A model generated the notes under the pieces. It was not told the DNA's origin. It made no database searches and saw only the letters and a list, made by a program, of their open reading frames with translations. From assembly GCA_963662465.1 (NCBI GenBank), contig OY759599.1, positions 5,312,001-5,376,000 on the forward strand: a DNA stretch of 64,000 nt, written 5' to 3'. Within the stretch, counting starts at the first letter, position 1. Every line of letters begins with the position of its first letter. Position numbers and translations under genes: made by a program. Source of the DNA: Desulfatiglandales bacterium. GTDB taxonomy: Bacteria > Desulfobacterota > DSM-4660 > Desulfatiglandales > Desulfatiglandaceae. This document shows positions 54,114-64,000 of this stretch, piece by piece.

Positions 54114-56056
54114 GAGGGGTTTGCGCTGTGCTTAAGTCTCTGGTATCCTGGAGGGATTTGGCAGTGTCAAAAAAACATTACCCCAAAAAAAAGATGGGTG
54201 GGCATCCTGAAATCAAGCACTTAGCTAGATCGAGTCGGAATTTTCCATTTTTTCACCCCAAGCGAAAGAACTTGTCGGAATACCTTGATTTTAATACAAA
54301 ATATTGTACAATGCCTTCATCAGATAACAGGATAGAGTGTTTCTTTAAATATTTGATGGAGGCCGAAACTTGGCAGCAGTGAGTCCGTTTCTTTTTTCGT
54401 GGAATGATGTCGAAGCACGCTCGGATTTGGACCGTTTCTATCTGGTGCGCGATAATCTGCCTGATGAGAATATTGTAGCGGCACTTGAAAAGCGTCGCGG
54501 CAATGGGAGAGATGATTTTCCGATACGCGCAATGTGGAACGCGCTTATTGCGGGAGTCGTGTTCCAGCATGCATCCATTGAATCTTTGATTCGCGAATTG
54601 TCCAGGAATCCGGCGTTATTAGAGGCATGCGGATTTGATATTCTGCCGAGGCAAAAAAAACCGGTAGCTGAACTGAGACGCAATGAGGAAACGGGCCGAA
54701 TGGAAATCATACGGTCTGAGAGCGGAAATGCATATTTTTTGGTTCCAGGTAGTTGGAATTTCTCAAGATTTTTAAGGAGCGTCATAGAACTGGAAGAATA
54801 TGGTAATATGGTCAGCGGCATGGTGCGTGGGCTTCGAGAATCCTTAATGACAGAACTCCCTGATTTTGGTTGTCATTTAGGGTATGACGGCAAGGCTATC
54901 AACAGTTATAGTACGGGACAAGAAAGCCGGAAAACCGGTGAAACCTCCGATACGGATGCAGATTGGGGCAAGCATGAAACGAAAGGGACAGACAGTAAAA
55001 CCGGAAAGCAGTGGACAAAAGTAAAAAGCTGGTTTGGATATGGCCTTCATTTGATCGCTGATACCCTATATGAAATTCCGGTGGCAGTTCATGTAACACC
55101 TGCCTCGCATTCGGAACACAAGGAACTGCGAAGCATGATCAAAGAAATTTTTGAGGAAACACCGCAGCTTGGCGAGCGCTGTGATGATTTTGTGGCGGAC
55201 CGTGGTTTGGATTCCGGCAAAACTAAGGCTCAGCTGTTGGATGAATATGGGATTCGGCCCGGCATTGATACCCGTGAACTGTGGAGAGATGAAAAGAATG
55301 AGCCGGGATACGATCCTGCAAAACCGATCACACGACCTCTTTATCCTGACCGGGCAGATACCATTGTGTATACTGAGAAAGGGACAGTCCATTGTATTTG
55401 TCCGGCTACTGGAGAACAGCGGGACATGGCTTTTTGTGGCTTTGAAAAAAATCGCAATACCCTGAAATATCGTTGTCCCGCAGCTGCAAACGGCTTTTCC
55501 TGTGAAGGATGTGGAGAGTGTTCATCTGCGGGGCAAGTTAATCCCGGAGATTATGGGCGAATTGTCAGAATAAATATCACTGAGGAAGATCGGCGAATCT
55601 TCACACCCATTCCCTATGGTACGCAGGGTTGGGACCGAGCGTATAATCGGCGTTCTTCTTTGGAGAGAATCAACAGTCGGATCGATAATGATTTTGGTTT
55701 TGAGAAACATTACATACGCGGCCAAGCCAAAATGCAAACAAGAGTTTGCTTGGCCACCGCCGTAATGATGGCAATGGCCCTTGGTCATGTAAGGGCTGGC
55801 CGTATTGAGCAAATGCGCTCCCTTGTACGGCCAATAGCCAGAGCCGCCTAATCCAATTTATTTAAAATAGTTATAAATAAATGATTTAATTTAAATTTAA
55901 AGGGATTAGCATGTCCAATTATCGGGTTTTTGGGGTATGTCTTTGGAAACCATAATATTCTGCTGCCATGTCGCCCTCTCAGACCTCGCGCCCGCGTTTT
56001 TTTGGGGCCCAGAACACCCCCGGTACGGCACAAAAACGGTACAGCGCAAACCTCTC
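54114..56056 (+). mobile_element. IS1182/IS5-like element (1943 bp)
   Basis: 16-bp IR GAG(G/A)GGTTTGCGCTGT; 5-bp TSD CCCAC (54109-13, 56057-61). Confidence 0.85.
54370..55851 (+). CDS. DDE transposase (IS1182/IS5-like)
   Basis: GRDDFPIRAMW N-domain, YDGK, FGYGLH, ADRGLD, YNRRSSLERINS. Confidence 0.88.
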   Translation: MAAVSPFLFSWNDVEARSDLDRFYLVRDNLPDENIVAALEKRRGNGRDDFPIRAMWNALIAGVVFQHASIESLIRELSRNPALLEACGFDILPRQKKPVAELRRNEETGRMEIIRSESGNAYFLVPGSWNFSRFLRSVIELEEYGNMVSGMVRGLRESLMTELPDFGCHLGYDGKAINSYSTGQESRKTGETSDTDADWGKHETKGTDSKTGKQWTKVKSWFGYGLHLIADTLYEIPVAVHVTPASHSEHKELRSMIKEIFEETPQLGERCDDFVADRGLDSGKTKAQLLDEYGIRPGIDTRELWRDEKNEPGYDPAKPITRPLYPDRADTIVYTEKGTVHCICPATGEQRDMAFCGFEKNRNTLKYRCPAAANGFSCEGCGECSSAGQVNPGDYGRIVRINITEEDRRIFTPIPYGTQGWDRAYNRRSSLERINSRIDNDFGFEKHYIRGQAKMQTRVCLATAVMMAMALGHVRAGRIEQMRSLVRPIARAA

Positions 56057-56228
56057 CCCACTGTATAAAGTTGACATTTTCTCAAAATTTCTTAATGATT
56101 CTTTTTTGTTGAATCGCCATTTGCCTTAACATGCCCATCCATAATCCGTGCGCCGGCTTTTGCGGCTGTTACTCACGCCTTCAGGCAGGATAGGGACATC
56201 CTCAGATTTCAGGAAACCGGAGACCGGA

Positions 56229-58007
56229 ATGAAAAGCCCGGGAAATTATAAACCCGTGATCATCATTGGCGCCGGGCCGGCGGGCCTCACAGCGGCCTAT
56301 GAATTGATCAAACAGGGTCGTCGTCCGGTGGTGCTGGAAAAAGGCGACCGACCTGGCGGAATCGCGCGGACGGAGGTTTTCAAAGGGTACCGATTCGACA
56401 TCGGCGGCCATCGGTTTTTCACGAAAAACGACGCCATCATGCGACTCTGGCGGGAGGTTCTGGGCGACGGGTTCATTACAGTACCCCGGAAATCCCGAAT
56501 ATATTACGAGGGGAAATTTTTCGACTATCCTCTGGAGTTTTTGAACGCCCTATCGCGCATGGGGTTGATGGAAAGCCTGTTGATTCTTTTGAGTTATCTC
56601 AGGGCGCAGATCCTGCCTTACCCTGAAGAGAAGACCTTTGAGCAATGGGTCTCCAATCGGTTTGGCCGACGGCTCTATGGAATATTTTTTGAGCCCTACA
56701 CCGCTAAAATGTGGGGCATGCCGTGCCGCAACATCCCGGCGGACTGGGCCCGGCAACGAATCAAGGGATTGTCCCTGATGGTCGCCCTTTCCGATGCCTT
56801 GCTCGGAAATCAAAAGGCAAAGAGCCTGATCCACGAGTTCTACTACCCCCGAGAGGGCCCCGGCATGATGTGGGAGGGTTTTGGGAAACGGATTGAGGAA
56901 AATGGCGGCAGTGTTCGGTTCAATACGAGCGTTGTCGGCCTGAATTACGCAAACGGACGGATAAACGGCGTTCAGTGCGTTCAGCAAGAGAAAACGTTTG
57001 AAATGCCGGTGGACCACCTCATTTCCAGCCTTCCACTCAACAAACTGGTCCGCATGCTCAGCGCCGAAGCGCCGATTGCGGTGTTGGAAGCGACCGACAC
57101 ACTTTCTTATCGGGCCCTGATTCTCGTGGTCCTGATTCTCCATAAAGGGGCATATTTCCCGGACCAGTGGATCTATATCCATAGCCCGGGGTTCAAGGTC
57201 GGCCGCATCCAGAATTTCAAAAACTGGAGTGCCGACATGGTCCCGGATCCCCAAAAAACGAGCCTTGGCATGGAATATTTTTGCAGTGAAGGCGACGCGT
57301 TGTGGAAGATGTCCGATGGGGAATTGTCGGAGATTGCGACCCGGGAATTGGCCGGCCTCGGACTGGCGACGGAAAAAGACGTTCAGGATGCCTTTGTGGT
57401 GCGCCAGCCGGATGCTTACCCCATCTATCATGACGGGTATGCAGATCAACTCGGGATTATTCGTGGTTTTCTCGCCGGCTTTCTCAACCTTCAAACCATC
57501 GGCCGCAATGGCATGCACCGTTACAATAACATGGACCATTCCATGCAGACGGGGATACTGGCAGCCAAAAATGTTTCAGGCGCCGATCACGACATCTGGT
57601 CGGTCAATGAGGAAGCGGAGTATCATGAAGAAGGCCGAACGGTCTCTTCACCCGAAACCCTTATGGAAACAGCCATCATTCAATCATTTGCCATGATGCA
57701 CAAAGGCGCATTTGGTATTGCCTTGGGAACGGTTGCGGGGTTGCTGTTTTTTGTGGCGACCCTGTGGCGGGTGTTGAAAGGCGGAGAGGCGGTGGGTCCC
57801 AATTTGCAATTGTTGTCGCAATATTTTCCGGGCTATACGGTAACGGTAACAGGCGCCTTTATGGCCTTTGCCCACGGTTTTTTCTGGGGGTTTCTGTTCG
57901 GTTGGCTCTTTGCGTACCTTCGAAACCTGTCACTGGTTCTCTATCTGCGTCGCGTGAAAAAGAAAGCCGAACGGGCCGCATTAAAGGCCTTCATGGATCA
58001 TCCCTGA
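56229..58007 (+). CDS. FAD-dependent oxidoreductase (protoporphyrinogen oxidase/UDP-galactopyranose mutase-like) with C-terminal membrane domain
   Basis: IIGAGPAGL, FDIGGHRFF, GRNGMHRYNNMDHSM; C-terminal TM segments. Confidence 0.85.
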   Translation: MKSPGNYKPVIIIGAGPAGLTAAYELIKQGRRPVVLEKGDRPGGIARTEVFKGYRFDIGGHRFFTKNDAIMRLWREVLGDGFITVPRKSRIYYEGKFFDYPLEFLNALSRMGLMESLLILLSYLRAQILPYPEEKTFEQWVSNRFGRRLYGIFFEPYTAKMWGMPCRNIPADWARQRIKGLSLMVALSDALLGNQKAKSLIHEFYYPREGPGMMWEGFGKRIEENGGSVRFNTSVVGLNYANGRINGVQCVQQEKTFEMPVDHLISSLPLNKLVRMLSAEAPIAVLEATDTLSYRALILVVLILHKGAYFPDQWIYIHSPGFKVGRIQNFKNWSADMVPDPQKTSLGMEYFCSEGDALWKMSDGELSEIATRELAGLGLATEKDVQDAFVVRQPDAYPIYHDGYADQLGIIRGFLAGFLNLQTIGRNGMHRYNNMDHSMQTGILAAKNVSGADHDIWSVNEEAEYHEEGRTVSSPETLMETAIIQSFAMMHKGAFGIALGTVAGLLFFVATLWRVLKGGEAVGPNLQLLSQYFPGYTVTVTGAFMAFAHGFFWGFLFGWLFAYLRNLSLVLYLRRVKKKAERAALKAFMDHP

Positions 58008-58049
58008 TCCGTCCGTACGGTTTTTTAAGTTTTGGGTGAGGAGGACAAA

Positions 58050-58394
58050 ATGAAAAAAGATGATAAAATGGACCGCGATGAAACGGAGAAGCTGGTGGGG
58101 AATGTTCTCCGGCTTAACGCAAAAGTCCTGGCGCTCGTTCTGGGACTGCTTTTCGGCATTGCTATATTCATTGCAACCAACTGGCTCCTCATCAAAGACG
58201 GTGATCCCGTGGGCCCCCACTTGCAGCTTCTGAGCCAGTACTTTATCGGGTACAGAGTCTCCTTTATGGGGAGTTTTGTGGGATTTGCCTATGGCGCTCT
58301 CCTGGGGGGCGCAAGCGGTCTTCTGCTCGGGTGGATCTACAACTGGATGGTGCTTCTCACAAGCAAAGAAAAAAGCGGAACACTTATGTCATGA
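58050..58394 (+). CDS. small membrane protein paralogous to the oxidoreductase C-terminal domain
   Basis: VGPHLQLLSQYFIGY versus VGPNLQLLSQYFPGY; GAGGAGG RBS. Confidence 0.8.
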   Translation: MKKDDKMDRDETEKLVGNVLRLNAKVLALVLGLLFGIAIFIATNWLLIKDGDPVGPHLQLLSQYFIGYRVSFMGSFVGFAYGALLGGASGLLLGWIYNWMVLLTSKEKSGTLMS

Positions 58395-59293
58395 AACACA
58401 ATCCTTGCCCTTTTTTTTCCATCATCATACCCACCTACCAACGACCGGCGCAATTAGAACAGTGCCTCCGGGCCATCACGCGACTGGATTATCCCGCCAA
58501 CCGATTTGAGGTGGTGGTGGTGAATGACGGCAGCAGGGGGCATCCTGAAAAAGTTGTAGCCCCCTTTGCTGCTCGCATTAACGTGACCTTGTTGAAAGCG
58601 GATCACAACGGTCCCGCCACCGCCCGCAATATCGGCGCCGCCGGGGCAAAAGGGGAGTTTCTGGTATTTACCGATGATGATTGTCTTCCGCTTCCCAACT
58701 GGCTTCAATCTTTTTCGAAGTGTTTTTCGGAGGCCCCTGATGGTCTCATCGGGGGTCGAACCCTTAACAGCTTACCCGACAATCCCTATTCCACCGCCGG
58801 TCAGTTGCTCTGTGATTATCTGTATGCCGCCTACAACGCCGATTGCCAAAACGCACGATTCCTCACCTCCAACAACCTGGGCCTGAAAAGGCAACATTTC
58901 ACTCGAATCGGCGGTTTTGATGCGAACTTTCGCTGGGCCGGCGGCGAGGACAGGGAATTCTCCCGCCGGTGGCGGCATCATGGGCGCCGTATCATTTATG
59001 CTCCGGAGGCTGCGATTTTGCATCACCACGCATTGACGTTCAATACGTTTTTCAGGCAACATTTTATTTATGGCCGGGGGGCCTTTCTTTTTCATCGCAA
59101 ACAAAAGGATCTCTCCGAGCGTTTCACGAAGTGGGAGCATCTTTTGTTTTATTCAAGGCTTTTAAGGTATCCGTATCAACGCCCCTTCAACCGAAGAACC
59201 GCCCATTGTGGCGCTCTCTTCATGGTTTCTCAGGTTGCCGTGGCGGCCGGATATTTCTCGGAATGGATGAACAAGGTCTCAAATCTCTATTAA
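58391..59293 (+). CDS. glycosyltransferase family 2
   Basis: SIIIPTY, VVNDGS, ARNIG, FTDDDC, GEDRE. Confidence 0.92.
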   Translation: MKHNPCPFFSIIIPTYQRPAQLEQCLRAITRLDYPANRFEVVVVNDGSRGHPEKVVAPFAARINVTLLKADHNGPATARNIGAAGAKGEFLVFTDDDCLPLPNWLQSFSKCFSEAPDGLIGGRTLNSLPDNPYSTAGQLLCDYLYAAYNADCQNARFLTSNNLGLKRQHFTRIGGFDANFRWAGGEDREFSRRWRHHGRRIIYAPEAAILHHHALTFNTFFRQHFIYGRGAFLFHRKQKDLSERFTKWEHLLFYSRLLRYPYQRPFNRRTAHCGALFMVSQVAVAAGYFSEWMNKVSNLY

Positions 59294-59647
59294 CTGAGCG
59301 CGAGGCTGTTCTTTAATGCGTCGTCGACCTTTTTCATGGAATCTTTTGATAGTGAGCCTAATTTTGAGGCTGTAAGCCTCATTTTGTCAATGGTCCTGAC
59401 CTGGGACAAGTTCACAATCGAATCTTTCTTGAGACTGTTTTCGCCCTTCTCGATGGCAACGCAGATGGGATAAGAGGCCTTCTTATTCGAATACTCGGTA
59501 ATGACCGCGACAATGGTTGTTGGGGACTATATTGCCAATGTCATTTTGAATCACGAGAACAGGACGGGTTTTGCCTGTTTCTCTCCCCACAACAGGGTCA
59601 AGGTGCGCATAGTGGATGTCGCCCCGCTTAACTTGAATACTCACCAT
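59290..59647 (-). pseudogene. mazF: MazF/PemK toxin, frameshifted
   Basis: KRGDIHYAHLDPVVGRETGKTRPVLVIQNDIGN, shift, then SPTTIVAVIT..SQVRTIDKMRL; 358 nt. Confidence 0.87.
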
Positions 59648-59662
59648 AGGTTTATCGCCCCA

Positions 59663-59938
59663 TTAAAGGTTCTCAGCGTCAACGTATTTGAAATCATCTG
59701 AAATTTCAATATTTTCCTGAGCCAGTTCTTGATAGGCATACCTCATTTTTTCCTCAAACATCCTTTTTTCAATTTTCTCTAATTTCTCTTCAATAGACTG
59801 CCGAACCAGGGTCGAGACTCCCTCCCCTTGAAAAACAGATAGCCGGTGAAGCCTGTCCTTGAGTTCAGAAGAGATTTGTACATTAAGCCTGACTTTTTTG
59901 GGGCGGAATTCTGATAATATAGTTTGATCCTCCTTCAA
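59663..59938 (-). CDS. RHH antitoxin of mazF
   Basis: VRLNVQISSELKDRL..STLVRQSIEE; upstream of the toxin. Confidence 0.7.
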   Translation of the reverse strand: MKEDQTILSEFRPKKVRLNVQISSELKDRLHRLSVFQGEGVSTLVRQSIEEKLEKIEKRMFEEKMRYAYQELAQENIEISDDFKYVDAENL

Positions 59939-60234
59939 TACATAAGATTATCTATCATAAAATAAGCTCCAAATCAAGGCAAGAAATTGTGCAAGTACGT
60001 AGGCAACGCCTGAAGAGACAAAAAGGTTCGGGGGTGGGCAAGTGGCCTCCAGTTCATGCGCACGGGAAGCAGAGCCACCAAGACCGGCATTCCCAACTTG
60101 GAATGATGCTTCACGCATGACTCCAACCTACGGGCTTGACAATGACGGACATAAAGCGGGGCAAAATGTTTGAACACGATTTAAAAGATTAAATGATGGA
60201 CAGGATTACAATGGCCGATAAAATGCAACGGTCC

Positions 60235-60314
60235 TGGCGTTCTCCTGGGGGGCTTGAGCGGTCTTCTGCTCGGGGGGATCTACAACTGGGTGGTGCATCT
60301 CACAAGCAAAGAAA
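60235..60314 (+). repeat. 80-bp diverged copy of the 3' end of the 58050-58394 gene
   Basis: Aligns ungapped with 58292-58371. Confidence 0.85.
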
Positions 60315-60449
60315 TCAGAATGAACAAGTGTAAAAAAATATGACACTTATCCGGAAAAAAATTTTACAATAGACTAATGAATATTTTTTATTTGAAATAA
60401 CATCAAGTATTTCAATACAATATTCCTATGGTTGCGTTATGTTTACATA

Positions 60450-60464
60450 TGGCATGAACATTGC
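60450..60464 (+). promoter_or_regulatory. sigma-54 promoter of the minor-pilin operon
   Basis: TGGCAT-GAACA-TTGC with correct spacing. Confidence 0.75.
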
Positions 60465-60546
60465 TTTGACATTCAGCGTCAACCCAAACGGAAAAGGCGC
60501 CGCCGATCCTGATGTCGGAAAGCCTGACAATATTAACGGAAGCACA

Positions 60547-61116
60547 ATGGATCAGATGCTGAGAATGAGCGCATTCTCAAAAAAGATATCCACGCATGCA
60601 GGGTACTCTCTGGCGGAATTAATGACGGTCATCGTGATAATCGGGATTCTCTCCGCCATCGCGGTTCCCGGGTTTCTCGCATGGCTGCCGGATTATTATT
60701 TGAAGGGTGCGGCGAGGGATCTCCGGGCCGGTTTTCAACTGGCCAAAATAACCGCCATCAAAAGCGGCCGCAACTGCACCATCACTTTCAATCAGCCGGT
60801 TGACGGTGATACTTACGATTATGTGATTTTTCAGGATGATGACAATGATCTGGAGTTGGACAATTCCGAAACCGCCGGCATCGTCAAAAAAGTCAAATGG
60901 CTGGATTACCACCCCAGTATTTCCTTAGATTCAAATAGCTTTACCGATAACGATGACGGCTTGCCGGCGGTTGCTTTTCGGTCAAACGGTATTCCGAGAA
61001 AAAACGGCGTTGGGTTTGCTGCAGGCACGGTTTCCCTTAAGAACACGGACAACAGTGAAGCCGATATCGTCATGTCCAGGGCAGGCAATATCAGAGTTGA
61101 GTTCGCTATCCATTAG
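60547..61116 (+). CDS. fimT: GspH/FimT family minor pilin; start uncertain
   Basis: Prepilin site G-YSLAELMTVIVIIGIL. Confidence 0.85.
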   Translation: MDQMLRMSAFSKKISTHAGYSLAELMTVIVIIGILSAIAVPGFLAWLPDYYLKGAARDLRAGFQLAKITAIKSGRNCTITFNQPVDGDTYDYVIFQDDDNDLELDNSETAGIVKKVKWLDYHPSISLDSNSFTDNDDGLPAVAFRSNGIPRKNGVGFAAGTVSLKNTDNSEADIVMSRAGNIRVEFAIH

Positions 61117-61125
61117 GGTGATTTG

Positions 61126-61824
61126 ATGGTTACACCTAAGAAAAACCCAGGTTTTACACTGGTCGAATTGCTGGTGGCCGTTTCTATATCGGCCATTATC
61201 ATGACGGGCGTTTATGCTGCCTACAATTCTCAGAATAAATCCTATGTGGTTCAGGAGGAGGTGGCGGCCCTTCAACAGAATCTCAGGGCGGCCATATTTT
61301 ATATGTCAAATCAGATTCGAGAGGCCGGGTGTAATCCGAATCCGGCGCAAATGGATACCAACAGACCCCGAATTCTGACCGCCGATGTGGGTGAAATCAA
61401 TTTCACTGCGGATATTACCGGGGGGGCCACTGGAAATGCGGACGGAGATACGGACGATTCATACGAAAACGTTACCTATTCCCTTTACACCTCCGACGGC
61501 ATTCAGAAACTGGGCGTAAAGAGTACGGCCACTGCCACGAATCAACCGGTGGTTGAAAATGTGGATGCCCTCAATTTTGTTTATCTGGACCAGAACGGAA
61601 ACCGGCTGGACGATGATGGGAATGGAAATGTCACCACCAGCATGAATGCCATTCGATCGGTTGAGGTAACCCTTGTGGTGCGTGCGTCTCGGGAAGACCC
61701 CGCTTATACTGACGGCAACGAATATCAAAATCAGTGGGGAGACGTTATCTTGGCGGCGCAAAACGATCATTTTCGCCGCAAACGATTGAGTACGTGCATC
61801 GCATGCCGAAACCTGGGATTGTAG
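61126..61824 (+). CDS. pilW: PilW-like minor pilin
   Basis: G-FTLVELLVA, QQNLRAA..IREAG, CRNLGL. Confidence 0.85.
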   Translation: MVTPKKNPGFTLVELLVAVSISAIIMTGVYAAYNSQNKSYVVQEEVAALQQNLRAAIFYMSNQIREAGCNPNPAQMDTNRPRILTADVGEINFTADITGGATGNADGDTDDSYENVTYSLYTSDGIQKLGVKSTATATNQPVVENVDALNFVYLDQNGNRLDDDGNGNVTTSMNAIRSVEVTLVVRASREDPAYTDGNEYQNQWGDVILAAQNDHFRRKRLSTCIACRNLGL

Positions 61825-61832
61825 GAATAACG

Positions 61833-62279
61833 ATGATGCCATTCGGAAATAAATATCAACGAACCAAAACGGTATGCCTTTGCTGGAAAAGCCACGGCGG
61901 CTTCACTATCCTGGAAGTACTTATTGCAATGGCGGTGCTGGCTGTCGGTATTCTGGCTGTGGGAAGCATGCAGGTGACTTCCATCAAGGCGAATGCCCAC
62001 GCGAATCAGATAACGGAAGCCAGCGTACTGGCTCGGGACCGGCTGGAAAAGCTCATGGGACTGGATTATACGGATGCGGGGTTGACTGAAAACACCTATC
62101 AGGATTCCGATCCGCCCGCCGGGTACACCATCAGTTGGGAGATATGTGACGGGGGCGGCGCCGGTTGTGGTGCCGACGATCCCATCGTTAATACAAAGCT
62201 CATTGAGGTTACGGTGCAACACCCCAAACTCAATAAAGATATGGTACTCATGAACATCAAACCGGGACCGCCACCCTAG
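61833..62279 (+). CDS. pilV: PilV-like minor pilin
   Basis: G-FTILEVLIAMAVLAVGILA. Confidence 0.85.
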   Translation: MMPFGNKYQRTKTVCLCWKSHGGFTILEVLIAMAVLAVGILAVGSMQVTSIKANAHANQITEASVLARDRLEKLMGLDYTDAGLTENTYQDSDPPAGYTISWEICDGGGAGCGADDPIVNTKLIEVTVQHPKLNKDMVLMNIKPGPPP

Positions 62280-62292
62280 CATTGAGGACACC

Positions 62293-62871
62293 ATGAAAGA
62301 GATTAAACCGTTGAAAAACGAAGACGGCGCCATCCTGGTCGTATCCCTGATCATACTCGCGTTGGCCAGCATGATCGGCATTGCCGCCACCATGACCGCT
62401 TCCCTTGAGCTTCAGATTTCCGGCAACGACATGCGCTATGCGGAAAATTTCTACAGGGCCGAAGCAGCCGCCATGGTGGGTGCGCGCACGATAGAAGAGA
62501 GTACCGCCAAATTGCCTCTCGGAGAGTACTCCTACGATAATGAAGACATCCCCTTGCCCAGCATTCCTGGGAAGGGCCTCCCACCCTTAAACATTCCGAA
62601 CCCTGACAATATCAGTGACGACGCCAACTGGACAACCGGAACGGACAAAATCTCCGCGGATGCACCTGATGCCATTTCAGACGAAGGTTATGAAGCCAGG
62701 TTTCTGCCCGTTGAAGTGCCGGCAAGAGGCGCTTCAAAGGATCTTGCCGGCGCCTCCGGAACCAGTATGCATGAATTCGTCGTCTACGGAAGATCGATTC
62801 TGGAACCGGCCAATTCCACCCAAAGGTTGGGTGAAGTGATTATTGAAGTGGGATACAAAAAACGGTATTAA
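62293..62871 (+). CDS. pilX: PilX-like minor pilin
   Basis: NEDG-AILVVSLII (no Glu5), LELQISGN, FYRAEAA. Confidence 0.85.
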   Translation: MKEIKPLKNEDGAILVVSLIILALASMIGIAATMTASLELQISGNDMRYAENFYRAEAAAMVGARTIEESTAKLPLGEYSYDNEDIPLPSIPGKGLPPLNIPNPDNISDDANWTTGTDKISADAPDAISDEGYEARFLPVEVPARGASKDLAGASGTSMHEFVVYGRSILEPANSTQRLGEVIIEVGYKKRY

Positions 62872-62883
62872 AGGAGGCGAATT

Positions 62884-64000
62884 ATGTCTTTCATCCAGCC
62901 AACCCTTCTCAATCTCTTTCGGCAACTGATGAAAAAAGGCGCCAAAGCAACCGCCCTGGTGGTTTTCGCTTTCCTTTTCACGCCTGTTTTTCTCCATATC
63001 TTCGCCGACCGGGCCGAGGCTGCATCTTTCTACTTAACTGTTAAGATCCACCCGGGGGCGGCAAAGAATGCCGGGGCCGGCTGGGAGGTCCGATATATTT
63101 CCCCCTCGACCTCCCAGTGGTACGGCACTTTTAGTCATAACACACAGGTTGAGGGAAGCGTTTGGGGCACCGTCGGGGTCGAAATCAAGGGGACCAACGT
63201 CGCCGGTTGGACCACCCCGGCCAACGAATATGCATGGTTCCACGATGGGGAGTCCAAGACCGTGCATCTCTGGTACACCCAAACCCCCGTGACAACGACC
63301 ACCACTTCCACCACGACTACCACCAGTACCAGTACCACCACAACAACGACCACCACAACAACAACAACGACAACCACCACAACAACGACAACGACAACCA
63401 CCACAAGCACCAGCACAACGAGTACAACCTCCACAACCCTGCCCGGATCCCTTTGCCTGGATATCGCCGATATTCCCATGGATACACAGCTTCAGGCGGC
63501 GCCGGCCAACATCATGTTCGTCATCGATGATTCCGGCAGCATGGACTGGGAGTTCATGACTTCTGAAAGCAGCGGGATTTTTCACGGGGAATATTACAAT
63601 TTCGATTTGGGTTCCGGAACCGACAACGCCTATTCGGACAGCTACATCGTGGAAGGAGACGAAAAACGACTCTGGAAAGCCAGATGGGCCGAATACAACA
63701 AGATGTACTATAATCCCACGGCGGACTACACCCCCTGGCCGGGCCAAGCTGACGCTAGTACCACGGCGCCCCGTTCCAATCCCATTAACGCAAGCCCCAC
63801 CCTGACCCTGGCCGACGAGTATGATTCCGTTGAAACGGGCATTATCGTGGACAATTCGGATGCAGGCTTCACCAAGTCCGCCAATGGCTGGGCAATGACT
63901 TCAGCAAGCAGCGACTATGGGTCTGATTATTACTATACCTACAATAACGATAGCAACGCGGACTGGGCCCAATGGACGCCGGATATCCCGGAATCAGTCA
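62884..64000 (+). CDS. pilY1: PilY1/PilC-like adhesin (partial, runs off the window)
   Basis: AAGGAGG RBS; signal peptide; Thr tract; NIMFVIDDSGSM vWA MIDAS motif; follows pilX. Confidence 0.8.
   Translation, partial: MSFIQPTLLNLFRQLMKKGAKATALVVFAFLFTPVFLHIFADRAEAASFYLTVKIHPGAAKNAGAGWEVRYISPSTSQWYGTFSHNTQVEGSVWGTVGVEIKGTNVAGWTTPANEYAWFHDGESKTVHLWYTQTPVTTTTTSTTTTTSTSTTTTTTTTTTTTTTTTTTTTTTTTSTSTTSTTSTTLPGSLCLDIADIPMDTQLQAAPANIMFVIDDSGSMDWEFMTSESSGIFHGEYYNFDLGSGTDNAYSDSYIVEGDEKRLWKARWAEYNKMYYNPTADYTPWPGQADASTTAPRSNPINASPTLTLADEYDSVETGIIVDNSDAGFTKSANGWAMTSASSDYGSDYYYTYNNDSNADWAQWTPDIPESV
63292..63438 (+). repeat. ACN-rich repeat encoding 49 consecutive Thr/Ser
   Basis: In frame with the ATG at 62884. 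Confidence 0.9.

Noticed and set aside
59990..60140. REP-like GTAGG...CCTAC sequence upstream of the mazEF antitoxin
   Set aside because: Too degenerate to define a palindrome or boundaries
60439..60546. Longer N-terminus of fimT from the ORF track
   Set aside because: Overlaps the sigma-54 promoter, so the start must be downstream
63135..63479. Poly-Val membrane protein on the minus strand and His/Asn-rich ORF at 63162
   Set aside because: Alternative frames of the PilY1 Thr tract

Overview
Window from a sulfate-reducer-type bacterium; Desulfobacterota is inferred from gene content, sigma-54 promoters and heptamer palindromic repeats. Positions 1-34.2 kb are mostly core genome: two DASS/SLC13 transporters with a two-component module, an FAH hydrolase, tamB-tamA-comEC-murA, a small AT-rich toxin-antitoxin (TA) insert, acyP, ligA, ffh-rpsP-khpA-rimM-trmD-rplS-rnhB-yraN-rsmI-ptsH-ptsI-smpB and fhs. 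Positions 34.2-56.1 kb are a dense accessory region of nested insertion sequences (extended IS21-type element with ParB/HTH/Zn-finger genes, ISAzo13, truncated DDE transposases, IS1634, IS110, IS1182-like), MITEs and TA modules, most with a broken toxin and an intact antitoxin. Positions 56.1-64 kb hold an FAD oxidoreductase/glycosyltransferase cluster, a broken mazEF and a sigma-54 type IV minor-pilin operon ending in a Thr-rich PilY1 cut by the window edge. The top candidate system is an IS110/IS1111-type bridge-recombinase element (50812-53685) inserted at a GT core in hicA. It carries a DUF3991/TOPRIM cargo gene between the recombinase and a predicted two-loop bridge RNA whose loops match the insertion site and, more weakly, the element's own circle junction. 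All family assignments come from motif recognition by eye; no searches were run.
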